A DNA stretch of 64,000 nucleotides from Yuukianura sp. NJ FZ-2021. Its lineage: Eukaryota. Position numbers and translations under genes: made by a program. The stretch is from positions 4,278,001 through 4,342,000 of the forward strand of contig CM102289.1 in the NCBI GenBank assembly GCA_046563655.1, given 5' to 3'. The notes under the pieces are model-generated. The model saw only the letters and a list, made by a program, of their open reading frames with translations, was not told the origin of the DNA and did no database searches. Position 1 is the first letter of the stretch; each line of letters starts with the position of its first letter. This document shows positions 1-11,168 of this stretch, in pieces.

Positions 1-954
1 TTAGGCTGGATTGTAGCCCAGTTTCGGAATGGAGATTTAGTGATTTTAGAATCCAGGAAATTGGAACCCTTATTTGTCTTTTTTGGGTTCACTCCTGGGT
101 ATAAATTTCATATAACGCTTAAATCTCTTCAACAAGTACGGATTGCGATTGTCAAAGACTATGCTGGAAAGATAGTTTGGCTGAGTATAAATGCCGTTTC
201 TCTAAGGCAATATTATGAGCAAGGAAAACTAAAAGAATTCAAGGATTGGAAAGTTGATAAAAGTGAAGTTCCAAGTTCTAGTCTTTCGTTGAAGGAAGTT
301 GACGTATCTTGTTCACGATCAGTGGACGAGGGATTTCGGTCACTGTTTAGATTTCATCGTTCACTTGGGTCTCCGTCAGAACGGGCCGCATATCACCCAT
401 TTTGCAATTTGTTTATACCAGTAACAGAGTACCAACATTCCATTTTAGTAACTTCTGACTATGAACCACCGGTTGACTTGACTACCGTCTGGACAGTGAC
501 AGTTATTGCTAAGAAGGGTAAATTTAAACTTAGAAAAAGAGTGCAACCACATTCAACATTGATTATTGAAGGAATTTTACACGGGGGGCACTTTGTGATT
601 AGAGCAGAATTAACACGAGACAGTGACAATAACGTAAACATCAAATGCGAATCATATAGAGGGAAATTAAACTATGAAGAAATCATTAACCAATATTTTG
701 GAAAGCAACTTCAGGTGAATCCTAAAATGGGAATGAAATTGTTGAAAAATATTTGGGTAGATACGTATAATCCACAATGGAAGTACGACTTGTTGGTTCA
801 CAATTGTAATAGCTGGTGTAAAGAAAAACTACAGGTATTGAACATTGAAGACAAATTTAAGTCTAAATCGTACAAATTGTTTGTTGACCTTCCGAAAGAT
901 TTTGGTTTACGAGGATTTAAATTCACTAAAAAAACACACCAGAAAGTAAAGTGA
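1..954 (+). CDS. 5'-truncated ORF with a C-terminal PPPDE/permuted papain-like (NlpC/P60-type) peptidase signature
   Basis: Frame is open from base 1 (LGWIVAQFRNGDLVIL...) to TGA at 952-954. It has a beta-strand His (QPHSTLIIEG) followed ~85 aa later by YDLLVHNCNSWC, matching the Y-x-L-x-x-x-N-C motif of PPPDE/LRAT-like enzymes. AATAAA at ~1071. Confidence 0.55.
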   Translation, partial: LGWIVAQFRNGDLVILESRKLEPLFVFFGFTPGYKFHITLKSLQQVRIAIVKDYAGKIVWLSINAVSLRQYYEQGKLKEFKDWKVDKSEVPSSSLSLKEVDVSCSRSVDEGFRSLFRFHRSLGSPSERAAYHPFCNLFIPVTEYQHSILVTSDYEPPVDLTTVWTVTVIAKKGKFKLRKRVQPHSTLIIEGILHGGHFVIRAELTRDSDNNVNIKCESYRGKLNYEEIINQYFGKQLQVNPKMGMKLLKNIWVDTYNPQWKYDLLVHNCNSWCKEKLQVLNIEDKFKSKSYKLFVDLPKDFGLRGFKFTKKTHQKVK

Positions 955-1534
955 TTGTTACGTCGTAATTATTCGTACATATTTATATTTGTACTAAATT
1001 ACAAACATTGCCATTGTAATAGTTTGTAGTTACTATTTTTACTTCAAAGCAAAATATTTTAAAATGTTTAAATAAAGAAAAGTTGGAATAGTATTCTCAT
1101 ATTTTTAATGAAAATGGTGAGTTAGTTATTGTTAAGGAGAACGTCCATCCACATTGCATTCACAACGCAACTATGAATTCCAACCTCTTTTCACGTTAGT
1201 TTTGGCTGGAGTCGTTGTGACACTTGTGACCGGTAAATTTAATGGCAAGTGCTGGAATTTCGTTTTTTCTAAATCTAATGCAAAATATCTCTTTCTTGTT
1301 GCGGCATTGTGCATCTGTCGCCATGTCCTCTGAAGTGAGAAATGTGACAGTTCACTCTCGCTTTGAATGCAAGGTTATGCAGTACATGAGTTAACCGTCG
1401 CTGCACTTCAATTCAATTTTGACAACAAAAGGGTTGAAGTAAACCATATACTGGCTAATTGTACCAAACTTTTGTTTTTTGCCCTATTCGTAAATTTAAC
1501 GATTAGCGTGTCAAACTGGTACATACGCCACACT

Positions 1535-1575
1535 CTAGACTATTTCCGTTGCCGATAGGCAACGCAATAGTCTAG
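1535..1575 (+). mobile_element. Helitron-type 3' terminus (hairpin + CTAG followed by T)
   Basis: CGTTGCC-GATA-GGCAACG hairpin (1547-1564), extended by CTAGACTATT/AATAGTCTAG arms, ending CTAG (1572-1575) with T at 1576. 5' end not identified. Confidence 0.45.
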
Positions 1576-2346
1576 TAATCTAAAAATCTGTATAAAAGCG
1601 TCTTTCAGCTTTCAGGAGAAACGTCCGAGGAACATTCATACGATGAATTTTTCTGAAGGGCGCCAACAGATGCGAGCGAGAGGCAAATGCAATTGTTCCA
1701 AATTTACAAAGTTTGTGACATTGCAAATTTCCAGATTTTTACTGGATGAAATCTGTGTTGATTTTATAACGACCTGAAACTGATGATCATTTTTTAGCAA
1801 GAAGCTTTGAGAGTATGTTGTCGACAGCACGGATTTCATGGCGGATGATGCTCGACACGTGGAAGAAAAGCAGACGAAGTAACAGTTGCACTTTGTTGCA
1901 GGGATCGTAAGTAATAGTTTCACTCACTCCAACGAAAATGTTAGTTTTACGTTAAATATTGCATAAAAATGTGAATAAAAAATTTTAAACTCTAGTTTTG
2001 CGGAAAAATTATGTATGGAAGTGCTATAGTTTACACTATAAATAAAACTCAATAGTTATTGAGTAATGTGTAAAACATTTTACCGATTAGTTTGATCTGT
2101 TTTATAGTAAACGAAAAGTTTTACAATTTTACAAGCTGTTATATAGTTAAAATGAAAGTTTAAAAAAAGTGCTAACAAAAAGTAGAAATTCCGGTGGACC
2201 TAAACTCTATTTTGCAATTGCATTAACTCAGTTGGCTGGCATTGGCAATTCAAGCCTCCAGCGTTGAGAACAAAAACATTAAAAACTGGAATCAGCTGAG
2301 TACAGACTACAAAAAGTCTAACTGAAGTTAGTCATTTACTCATTAA

Positions 2347-4941
2347 TAGGGGTCGCAGACTCGAGCTTTTTGCTGAGCCTCGAGTCTCGAGGCTGAGCGA
2401 GTCCAAAGCCTTAGGACTCGAGCACGGCCTCGAGTCTCCAAAAAAAATAAAACAGCACAAGAAACTTGAAAATTTAAGCAATTCAACCAAAAATGTTATA
2501 CAGCTTATATATTTTAATAAGCTAGAATTTTCTCACTTACACTTATGTTTCGTTGAGTTGGAAGTACGATCTAAGAAAAGATAGTTGGTCCAAAGTTGTG
2601 CTGCTGAGCCTAGACCTAATTTTATTACAAAAATACCCTGAAGCTGAAAAAACTCTCTCCGATTCAACACTTGTCGGGGGAATAGTTTTCAAATATTTGT
2701 AGGCTAGTTCAAGATGGAAGCCTCTGGATTTGCTTGATTCGAATAGCGTCATTTCTTGCTTGATTGTCGCTAGCAAATTTTTGGTTTGGATTGATGGCCC
2801 CATCAAGGTGTTTGGTTCCTTTAATTTTTTCAAAGCAAAGTCAAGTTCATCTTGAAGTTCTGCGTCAACTTTACGTCGTTTTGGTAAATTTGGATCTTCC
2901 ACAATTGAAACTTCTGGATCTCCGCTGGAATGAGATTCGTCTTGCTCGGTTGGAATTTCGGGATTCAAACGTGAGATCAAATTCTTTATGATTTCAGCGA
3001 TGACCTTTTTTGTTGGAGTGGGGAATACTACTTCGTCTAGAGTGTCATCCGTTCTAGAGCCTTTGTGTAGATATTGTAGCACACCTGAAATTCCGGTTCT
3101 TCTTTCTTTTAGACGTTGTCGTAATGCGGCAGCCAGCTCCAAACTAATTCCCGAATTTTCCGAGTCCAATTTTTCCAGAACAAAGTTCAAGGCGGTGTCA
3201 GCCTGTAGAAGGTCAGAATCACGGCGACATAAAGCTATAACAGTCAATTGTAATGGTCGTAGTGCTGCAACAAGGTGATCTAGTCCTTCAAACTCGGAGT
3301 CTTCCATCTTTAATTCTGATCCCAAGTCAATCAGAGCTTTTCGAATGCAGTTTCCAATTTTGCAGAAACGTTCGAGCATGGTGAAAAGGCTGTTCCATCT
3401 AGTTTTCGTATCCAATAGCAATTTATACTCGGTTTGAAAGTCTGACTTCACGTGTTTTTGAAGCACTTCGTTTTTAAGCGGTGACCTTTTGAAACTGCGT
3501 ATTATTGTTCTTGCGTTTCTGATAATTTCCGCAAAATGTACATGTGAAACGTCTTCTCCGTCATCCTCTTGGCAAACTTCGAACCCCGAATCGTTTTCTG
3601 AGTCGTCAATTTCGGAATCTTCTTGTATATCATCAATTACACCCTCTTCGTCTTCAATTGATTCTTGGTTTGGCTTATTTTTTGGATAAAGAACGTCGAT
3701 GACAGCAAGCTGGATACCATGCGCAAGGCAAAGTTGGTGTTCCGTCGGGGACATTTTCCCGACACATCTCATGACATTTGCTCCATCAGTGCCGATGCTT
3801 ATAATGTCATCTTGAAGGTTTAGGCCCGAGTCGCTGAGTTTTAACGTGACGATTTCTAAAATTCGTTTAGATGTCATCGATCCATGTAAAGGAACAAGGC
3901 CAAGATTCAGCATGTTGTAGCCCTGCAGAGCCAGAGTAACGTTCATAAAGCGCTTCCCACTTAGTGATGTCCATTCATCAAAAAGAACACAAAACTTTTC
4001 TCCATTTTTCTTCAGTTGGAAAATCCGGTTCTTATTCGCTATCCTTAAGTCGTCAGCAAATTTCATGACAAGATTACGAATTCCGTTTCCTGATTTTGGG
4101 AGTTCTCCTTCAAGTTTTCTGGCCAGAATTCCTGAAAAATCGAAAATTAAAAGTTATAAAAGGTAGATATTTGGAATTATCTCTTCTTATGTATCTCACC
4201 GGCTCGAATATCCCTCGATGTACAAAACATTGAGAAAGGAATTCCATCCTTGGCCGCCATTCTAGCCACAACCTTGGCAACGCTGTTGTCAGCCGGCAAG
4301 AGGAACTTGGTCATTGACATTTGAGTTGACTTGGAGCTTCCGGCCTGGGCTGCAGTGAGTTAGTAATTGTGAGTAATTAGTAACACTGTTCATTGTGCAT
4401 GTCGATTTGATAATTGGCAAGAACTGAGTTGTTCAACTTACCAATTTCGTTATGAATCGGTTTCGCTTTATCGAGAACCGTCCCATGTTTTGATTTCAGG
4501 TGCTTATGTAAGGAAGAAGTTGCTCCACAGTGTTTAAGTATTGTCGAGCACTGCTTACATTTCGCAAAAATCCCACCGGCTTCCTTAAGAAAAAAGTTCC
4601 AAACGCTGTTTGGAAGTGCAGCTGGAACTTCCAAAAACTTGTAGGTAACTGACCTTGACCCGGATTGTGACATTTTTGGTTAATTGTTCAGAATAAGTAT
4701 TTAGGTTGTCTAATTTGTCCTACAGGCCTGAATCTTGTCTTTGTATACTCTCTTAAAATGTCTAGACTTTGAAAGAAGAATTTTCCTGCTCAAAAAGTTT
4801 TCCAACAACAGATGGCATAATCAAGCCTTTTTCGAGACCCGGACTCGAGTCTACAGTTATGCTGCTCGAGTCTCGAGTCCAGAAGAAATCTAGGATTCCT
4901 CGAATCTGAGCCCGAGGCCAGCCTCGAGTCTGCGACCTCTA
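2347..4941 (-). mobile_element. Full-length hAT-superfamily DNA transposon (2595 bp)
   Basis: 19-bp TIRs TAGGGGTCGCAGACTCGAG (2347-2365) and CTCGAGTCTGCGACCTCTA (4923-4941), 1 mismatch. Perfect 8-bp TSD CTCATTAA (2339-2346 and 4942-4949). Clustered subterminal CTCGAG motifs at both ends. Confidence 0.97.
2543..4673 (-). CDS. hAT transposase with BED zinc finger, 3 exons (4673-4442, 4349-4200, 4131-2543), 656 aa
   Basis: BED finger (VWNFF...CKQC...HLKSKH); catalytic D (LFDEWTS), D (GTDGA) and E (SERVFS); CxxH (CLAHG); TRWNS; C-terminal dimerization region. GT-AG introns join the exons in frame with no stops. Confidence 0.95.
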
Positions 4942-5023
4942 CTCATTAATTAACATAGAAAGTGTCATTAAATTTTAATTTGCTAGGTATTTTTCATTTT
5001 GGTGTAAGTAAAGGTTGTTAACA

Positions 5024-5828
5024 ATGGGGAGTCGGCAGAGGCGTCATGGGGACTTCATCAACACATTGCAGGGACAATATAATGCCGACGCCAAAATCAA
5101 AGCAGAGAAAGATAAGCTGGTAATTAATTAAATTACTGACTCAGGTTCCCCATTTTTGGTTTACTGTAGTAATGTTTAATATACTTTGTTTTAAACTAAA
5201 CTGTTGTTATACTGTTGTGACTGATCTTGTATTGTGTTTTGTTTTTAACCTTTTTATATTATTTGCAGAAAGAAGATGAAAGACGGCGCGAAAGGATTGC
5301 AAAAGCCGAGCGCATGGGGTTAGGTCTCGGTACTCGCCTTGGCACGTCACCTGGCAACGGTCCAGGAACAGCTACGCGACTTGACCAGGTCCAGAGGCAA
5401 GGGAATCATGTGGACAAATTACAATTAAGATATAACCAAGATGCTATAGCCAAGGAACAGGTTGACGACTCCTACTTTGTTCAATTTAGAATTTTTGAAA
5501 ACAAAATTATTTTTTTTAGGAACAAGAGGTCCAACGTTTGGAAGCACAAAAACGCCGAATCGAGTTGCTAAAACTACAGCAAGAGACTGCAACACGAAAC
5601 GCTGGAGATGGTTAGCCTGAATAAGCATATTCGCCGCAACTTCTAAGATCCACCACCAATTGTAATTGTGATTTCTGATTACGAACAGGAACTGGTGCTC
5701 CTCTCGGGAAAACTGAAGATAATGTAAACCAAGAGGAAGCCAGACGCAGGCGTGTGGCCAAACTCCAGGAAGACTACGAACGATCCAGAGCCAACAAGAC
5801 GAACGGCAACGCTCCAAGCAGTGCTTAA
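5024..5828 (+). CDS. Orphan 172-aa charged/coiled-coil protein with three internal repeats, 4 exons (5024-5119, 5269-5460, 5520-5610, 5689-5828)
   Basis: Canonical GT-AG introns keep the frame from ATG 5024 to TAA 5826-5828. Repeats: DFINTLQGQYNADA, NHVDKLQLRYNQDA, RRVAKLQEDYERSR. Confidence 0.65.
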
Positions 5829-6083
5829 AACTTCTTCCGCCTGTTTACGTATTATGCGCATGCGCTAAACTCAATCAGCATTCAAACTTCTTCCTCTATT
5901 TTGTAATTTAATGATTCTTCGCTTATCGGATGGATTTCCGGTATACCGTCCGAAATAAGTCACAAACTTTATTATTGTTTGACTAAGTAAGTAATCGTCG
6001 CGAAGCTGTGTATATTGAATTATACTTGACGTTTGTGATTTAGCATCATCTATAACGGTCCCTTTTTATTTCTAGTCTTACAA

Positions 6084-7998
6084 TTAACCACTCCCGCGCC
6101 AAATACTGTATTTATACCATTGCTTCCATACCAGTGGGTTCACACATGCCGGGTAATTTGGATAGCCCGCAATAGTTTTGCACAACTGTCCAAGTGAGCA
6201 ATCTCGGTAGGTCGAACAAAAACAGTTATCCAGGAGAGCGCAATGCTTAATTTCAGGGTCAAGGTTCATCTTCGTTCCGGATCCTCTGAGGCGATGTCCA
6301 AAGTCATTGAGAAAAATGCCATTGGGGTCATACTTGTTCATTAAGGACAAAAAGGCTGTTTTTGCTGCTGGATCCAGTTTTTGTTTCAATACGTCGGCAG
6401 AGTGGTACACCATTCCGGATTTCCCCCAGTGTGATTTTCCTCCTTGTTCATAAAACTGTTTCACAAATATGTTTTTAAAAAAGTTTAATTACTAACCATA
6501 AATGAAGTAATTAAAACTATAAAAAGTTCTGAAAAGTTAGTTTTTCTCTCACAATTGACTGTAGAATAGTTTGGTAGGCTGCTAGTCCAGCAGACGCCGT
6601 TTGATATGGATTGGCAGAATTTGTCATGTAGAATTCAAAGTGGCAAGTATTTTTTCCATAAGCGGTGGACATGTACGTGTCACTGGCAGCGGAAAATCGA
6701 AGCAGAATTCCTTGCATAGGAAATGTAGCTGGGTATTTTGAAATGACATCCTTCAAAGTTCTGGCCACGGCTGAAACACTGTTAATGTCAATACCAAATT
6801 CATTGTCTAGAATGGTCAGATTAAATGGACCGTGAAACCATGGACACTGTGCAAAACCTGTATTGTCGCAAATAGGTGCAAACATATTATGGTAGAACCC
6901 TACAGCTGGATTCGCTGCAAGGATGCCATCGTACGTGTAAATTGGTACAAAATCTGGAACGGTAGTCAGTAACGTCGCTTTCGTAAAGAGTTCAAATCCG
7001 TGCAAAAGCGCATGCGCTGCATCCGGAGCCGCCACATCAAGGAGGTGGATTGCATCTATAGCCGGATCTGCAATGACGCTGAAGGTGCTATAAAAAGACG
7101 GAACGTGATCGTTTGTCCATGCCTCTCCTGGAGTGCCAATGTCAACAATTGTCCAATTTGCGATCACAACTTTTTCAGAATTTGGAAACCAGTAGAGTGA
7201 AATTTGATCAGTATTCTGAACCATGTCAATGAACGATCCGTCGAATAGTAAGGAGTCATCAACAACGTAATTGTGACCTCGCACTTTGTAAAGTGGTTCA
7301 GTTTTCAAGGTCACGCTAATAATGACACCAAGCAGGCCTAAGTGAATTCTAAACCCGCGAAGTTCATTGCAGTCAGAAATTTTCCTGATGGTTCCATGCC
7401 CGTCAACTATGGTTACACCAATTACATGCTCGGAAATTGACGACGTGTATTTTATGGAAGAACCGTGAGCTCCAGTTCCAATTGCCCCGCCAATCGTGAT
7501 ATTGCCAAATCCTGGTGTAGTTTTTAAGCCACGCCCATTTTGTTTCAAAAATTCCGTCAATTCGTGTAAATTCACGCCAGCTCCAACAGTAACGCTTAAA
7601 TCAGGATTATTCATAACTATGCCCCCAATCCGTGTCATGTCAATTGGAATTCCATTGGTACAGACGATGTCCGTAGCGGAGTGACGCATTCCAAAAGGTT
7701 TTAAAGTTTTTCCAGATGAAACTGCCCATCGAACTATTGCAACCACTTCGTCTACTGATCGGGGGTGTTGAATTGGCGTAGAAGGAGTACAAACAGGCCC
7801 TTTGTAATACGGACTGTATTGCAAAGAAGCATTCGTCCTGGAAATGAAAAATTGCAAAATGTTGGTGAGCGACATTAATAAAAAAAACTAGTTTCCAGTA
7901 GTTCTCTAAGCTTACAACACATTCTGGACGAGACCAACTTTTGCGTTTGTCCCTGCAATGATTATGAATACAACGACGACTGAGATGGAACGTGGCAT
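6084..7998 (-). CDS. Secreted L-gulonolactone oxidase-like (aldonolactone oxidoreductase, VAO/PCMH FAD family), 3 exons (7998-7916, 7837-6553, 6455-6084), 579 aa
   Basis: Signal-peptide exon MPRSISVVVVFIIIAGTNA. FAD domain PRSVDEV...GMRHSATDIVC (putative flavinylated His) and ITIGGAIGTGAHGS, LGLLGVIISVTL. ALO domain with HWGK. Cys-rich tail HCALLDNCFCSTYRDC...C...C. Confidence 0.9.
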
Positions 7999-8680
7999 TG
8001 TGAATCAAACGAACATAATTTTTCCGCTAAATTTGAAAAAAGTGACACCGTGTTGACAGGTCAATGACAGAAAGCGTTAACCGTCTTCGAAATTGATTAA
8101 CTCTATACTCTACAAAGATTACAATATAAAAACTGTAATTTATGCAAATCCCGCTGATCACACTACAACCACTGCCGATCTTCCTTGAAAATTGCAATTC
8201 ACAACTGATAGCATCGAAATAAAGTGTCGTCATAATGACAAAAGTTGTTTCAAAAATATCGAGCGCATACTTCTATTTTTGGTAATAACTTGTACGAAAG
8301 AGAACAGTTTCAAAATTTGCCGTAACGGCACAATTGAAGCCGTTAGATCATTATAACCTCTAAAACCCTCCAAAACCTCCTTTTCTTTGGAAAAATTGAA
8401 ATGTCGTATATAGTTTGAAGTAACATCGTACACGCATTTTGAAATCAGTTTGGTTTTAGCGATAAAACCGTTACTTGAAACTATCATATATAACATTTTA
8501 TAATGGATAAGGTGCTTAAATCCCACACCGTGCGACAGTACACTGTATACCTCCGACATACCGACATGCACTGTTATTTTGACCTTCCTTGTTTTCCCTT
8601 CACAAAGCAAACGATCGTAAGAGGTGGAAAATCTGGCGTCAAACTTCGAAATTTAAAGAATTTACAGTCGAATTTATAAC

Positions 8681-9624
8681 ATGAATTTGTTTATCAATTT
8701 CTTAGTACTTTTGGTTGTTTCCGAGGCCAAGGGCGAATTGCATATCAATGTAAGTACATCAAAACTTAGTAGGAAAATATTTATATAAATTTAATATACA
8801 ACGTTTAATTATTTATAAATTATAAATAAAAGACTTCAATATAATACATGCTATATATTTTTATTTTGAAAGGAAAATAAAATGATACTGGAAGGAAACG
8901 AAACTTTCCTTGCGGATTTGGACGGAGTTGAAAAAATGTTAGGAGTCGATGGTGAGTGTACACTGAATGCAGTGGTATTGAAATTTGTGCGAGTGAAGAG
9001 ATCCATACTCGCAAATTTTTTAGCCAATTGTATCAATTTGACAACTTTGAGGTTGAAGGAAGTAGAGTGGGTGTGGAACAATGAAACGAATTTCCAAAGG
9101 ATTCACCTTCCAAATTTAAAATATTTTGCATTTGCACCAATTCGTGATCCACAATATGCTGGGAGCGTCGGACAAGAGTTAGAGTCGGTCGTCTTCTTTT
9201 ATACAATTGGAAACACAGGAACAGGGATATTCACAGTACTCCAGCATTTGAACTTTAACATTTATTTATTTACTGCACAAGATGGATTCTTGCGATTGAG
9301 CAATTCATGGTTGGCAGTAAAGAATATTAAAGATGACGCCATTTGGAGACTTTTGCACAGCATGATTCCAAAGTTCAAAACATTCGAAACAGAGTACTGT
9401 ACAATAGATGTGAAGTCGTTGAACCTGACCTATGTACAAACTCTGTCCTTGAACTACAATGACCGGTTTTTGGTTCCGAACATGGACACTTTTGATGTCC
9501 CATTATCCAAATTCTAGAAGAATTCCCATTGAAATGATTTCTCAACATCAATAATTGATGTCGCAAAATTATTTTGCGACTCTGAATTGTTGACGTTAAA
9601 GCCAAAATTCTGCCAGTACGGCCG
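8681..9624 (+). pseudogene. Signal peptide + LRR-like ectodomain segment, disrupted (frameshift near 9500-9517 and three TGA codons) upstream of the GPCR frame
   Basis: Exon 8681-8749 (MNLFINFLVLLVVSEAKGELHIN, donor GTAAGT) splices in frame to 8873. It has LxxLxL-type motifs (NLTTLRLKEV, LPNLKYFAF, VQTLSLNY) and a stop at 9515-9517. The downstream GPCR frame carries TGA at 9535, 9556 and 9583. Confidence 0.5.
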
Positions 9625-11168
9625 TTGTCAAATATAAGGCATTTGACATTCAAGAGGTGTACAATTGACGACACAATTTTAAACAATATTGGCACTATTT
9701 TTCCTCATGTAGCGGGAATTGAATTGGATATGGAGGATGTTTTAGATGAAACGTTGCTTTCAGAATATGTAAAACACCGAATTAGGGACATCAATATCAA
9801 AATACCTGCGTATGACCCTGGAGAAAAGGTCAAAAGTCAATTTAAAACAGTCATCAAAACAATTTTAAACGCAACAATTCCCGACCACACATATGAAGGA
9901 GAACACATAGTATTGTTTACCCTAAACGGAGCAGATGGCTACAGGTTTAGCTATGTACGAGCGGACACATGGCTCAGAAAAGTGTACAGGATTGCACGTC
10001 ATTTGAAATTACATGGATTCTCGGAAGACGAAATAACTGCAAGGCTGTTGTCACAAATGTACAACACGTACATGGCATTTGTTTACTGCATTTGTGGCAT
10101 TGGCCTGGCTTGTAACTGCTTGAGCCTCGTTGTGCTCATGCGCAAATCAATGCGCAGCTCAACCAGCACACATCTCTTGGGACTCACATGCTGCGATTCC
10201 ATGTACTTGATCACGTCGTTTGTCACGTCGGACGAATTCGGCAATTTGTTTCATGATAAATTACTGCGCTCAAATTTGAATGGATATTTAGCTTACCCAG
10301 TCAACAAAACCAGTAAGTATTTAAGCTTACACTCATTATGTACTTGAACTACTATATAAACTATGTCATATACGCTTAATCTTTTTCTACAGTGTACACA
10401 GCGTCGGTGTACATGACGATTTTGGTTACGGCGGAACGCTATGTTGCAATTTCGAAACCACTGCAAGTGTCATCAATTTTTACAATACGGAAGGCGCGAC
10501 GGTACACACTGCTAGTATTTGGATTTGCAACATTTTTAAATTTGCCGCGTTGGATGGAATTTGTAAAATGGAGCTACGAAGCATCTTCTCCTGAGTGGAG
10601 CAGAAGTTTCCCTCGTCAGTTGCACAGATATCCACTCTACCAAATCATTTACCAGCAACTGCTCTGGTATACATGCATCTACTTGGTTCCATTTGTCACC
10701 ATCGTCACACTCAACATACTCATCATTCGAGCGGTAAATATTAAAACAAAATGTATAATGAATACAAAGCTAAAGTAATAAAATATTGTTCATATTTAGG
10801 TAACCAATGCAAAAAGAGAGCGGCGCCTTACTGCAGCCACCCACAGTACTACGCATGACAGTTCCCTGACCAGAATGTTGCTTTCAGTTGTGTTTGTGTT
10901 CATCCTGCTTAACTCCTTGGCTGCTGCATTGGAACTCAACTTTATTCTGAAGGGAGTTGAGCCTGAAGTTGCAGCAACAATTGTCTGTCTCCCCATACTA
11001 CTCAACTCTGCTCTCAATTTCATTCTCTACGCATGTCTCGGAAACAAATTTAGAACAGAGTTGAAACTTCTACTAAAAGAAGTTGGAACATGGATTTCAA
11101 CTAAATGTACTCATAGACGAATACGCAGATCTAATTCGATTGAGTTAAGGGAACGTAGAACGATATAG
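9625..11168 (+). CDS. Rhodopsin-family peptide GPCR, FMRFamide-receptor-like (exons ..-10312, 10393-10733, 10800-11168); true start uncertain
   Basis: Seven hydrophobic helices. TM1 GLACNCLSLVVL, TM2 LTCCDS, TM3 TASVYMTILVTAERYVAISKPL, TM4 NLPRW, TM5 YLVPF..LN, TM6 TRMLLSVVFVF, TM7 NSALNFILYACLGNKFR. Introns are GT-AG and frame-preserving. Confidence 0.85.

Noticed and set aside
1615..1923. Coding exon or 95-aa minus-strand ORF left of the hAT
   Set aside because: Stops occur in the + frames and there are no recognisable motifs. More likely 5' UTR or decayed sequence.
9535..9585. Three in-frame TGA codons read as selenocysteine or readthrough
   Set aside because: They accompany a frameshift, there is no redox motif, and no SECIS was recognised. 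Decay or an intron is simpler.
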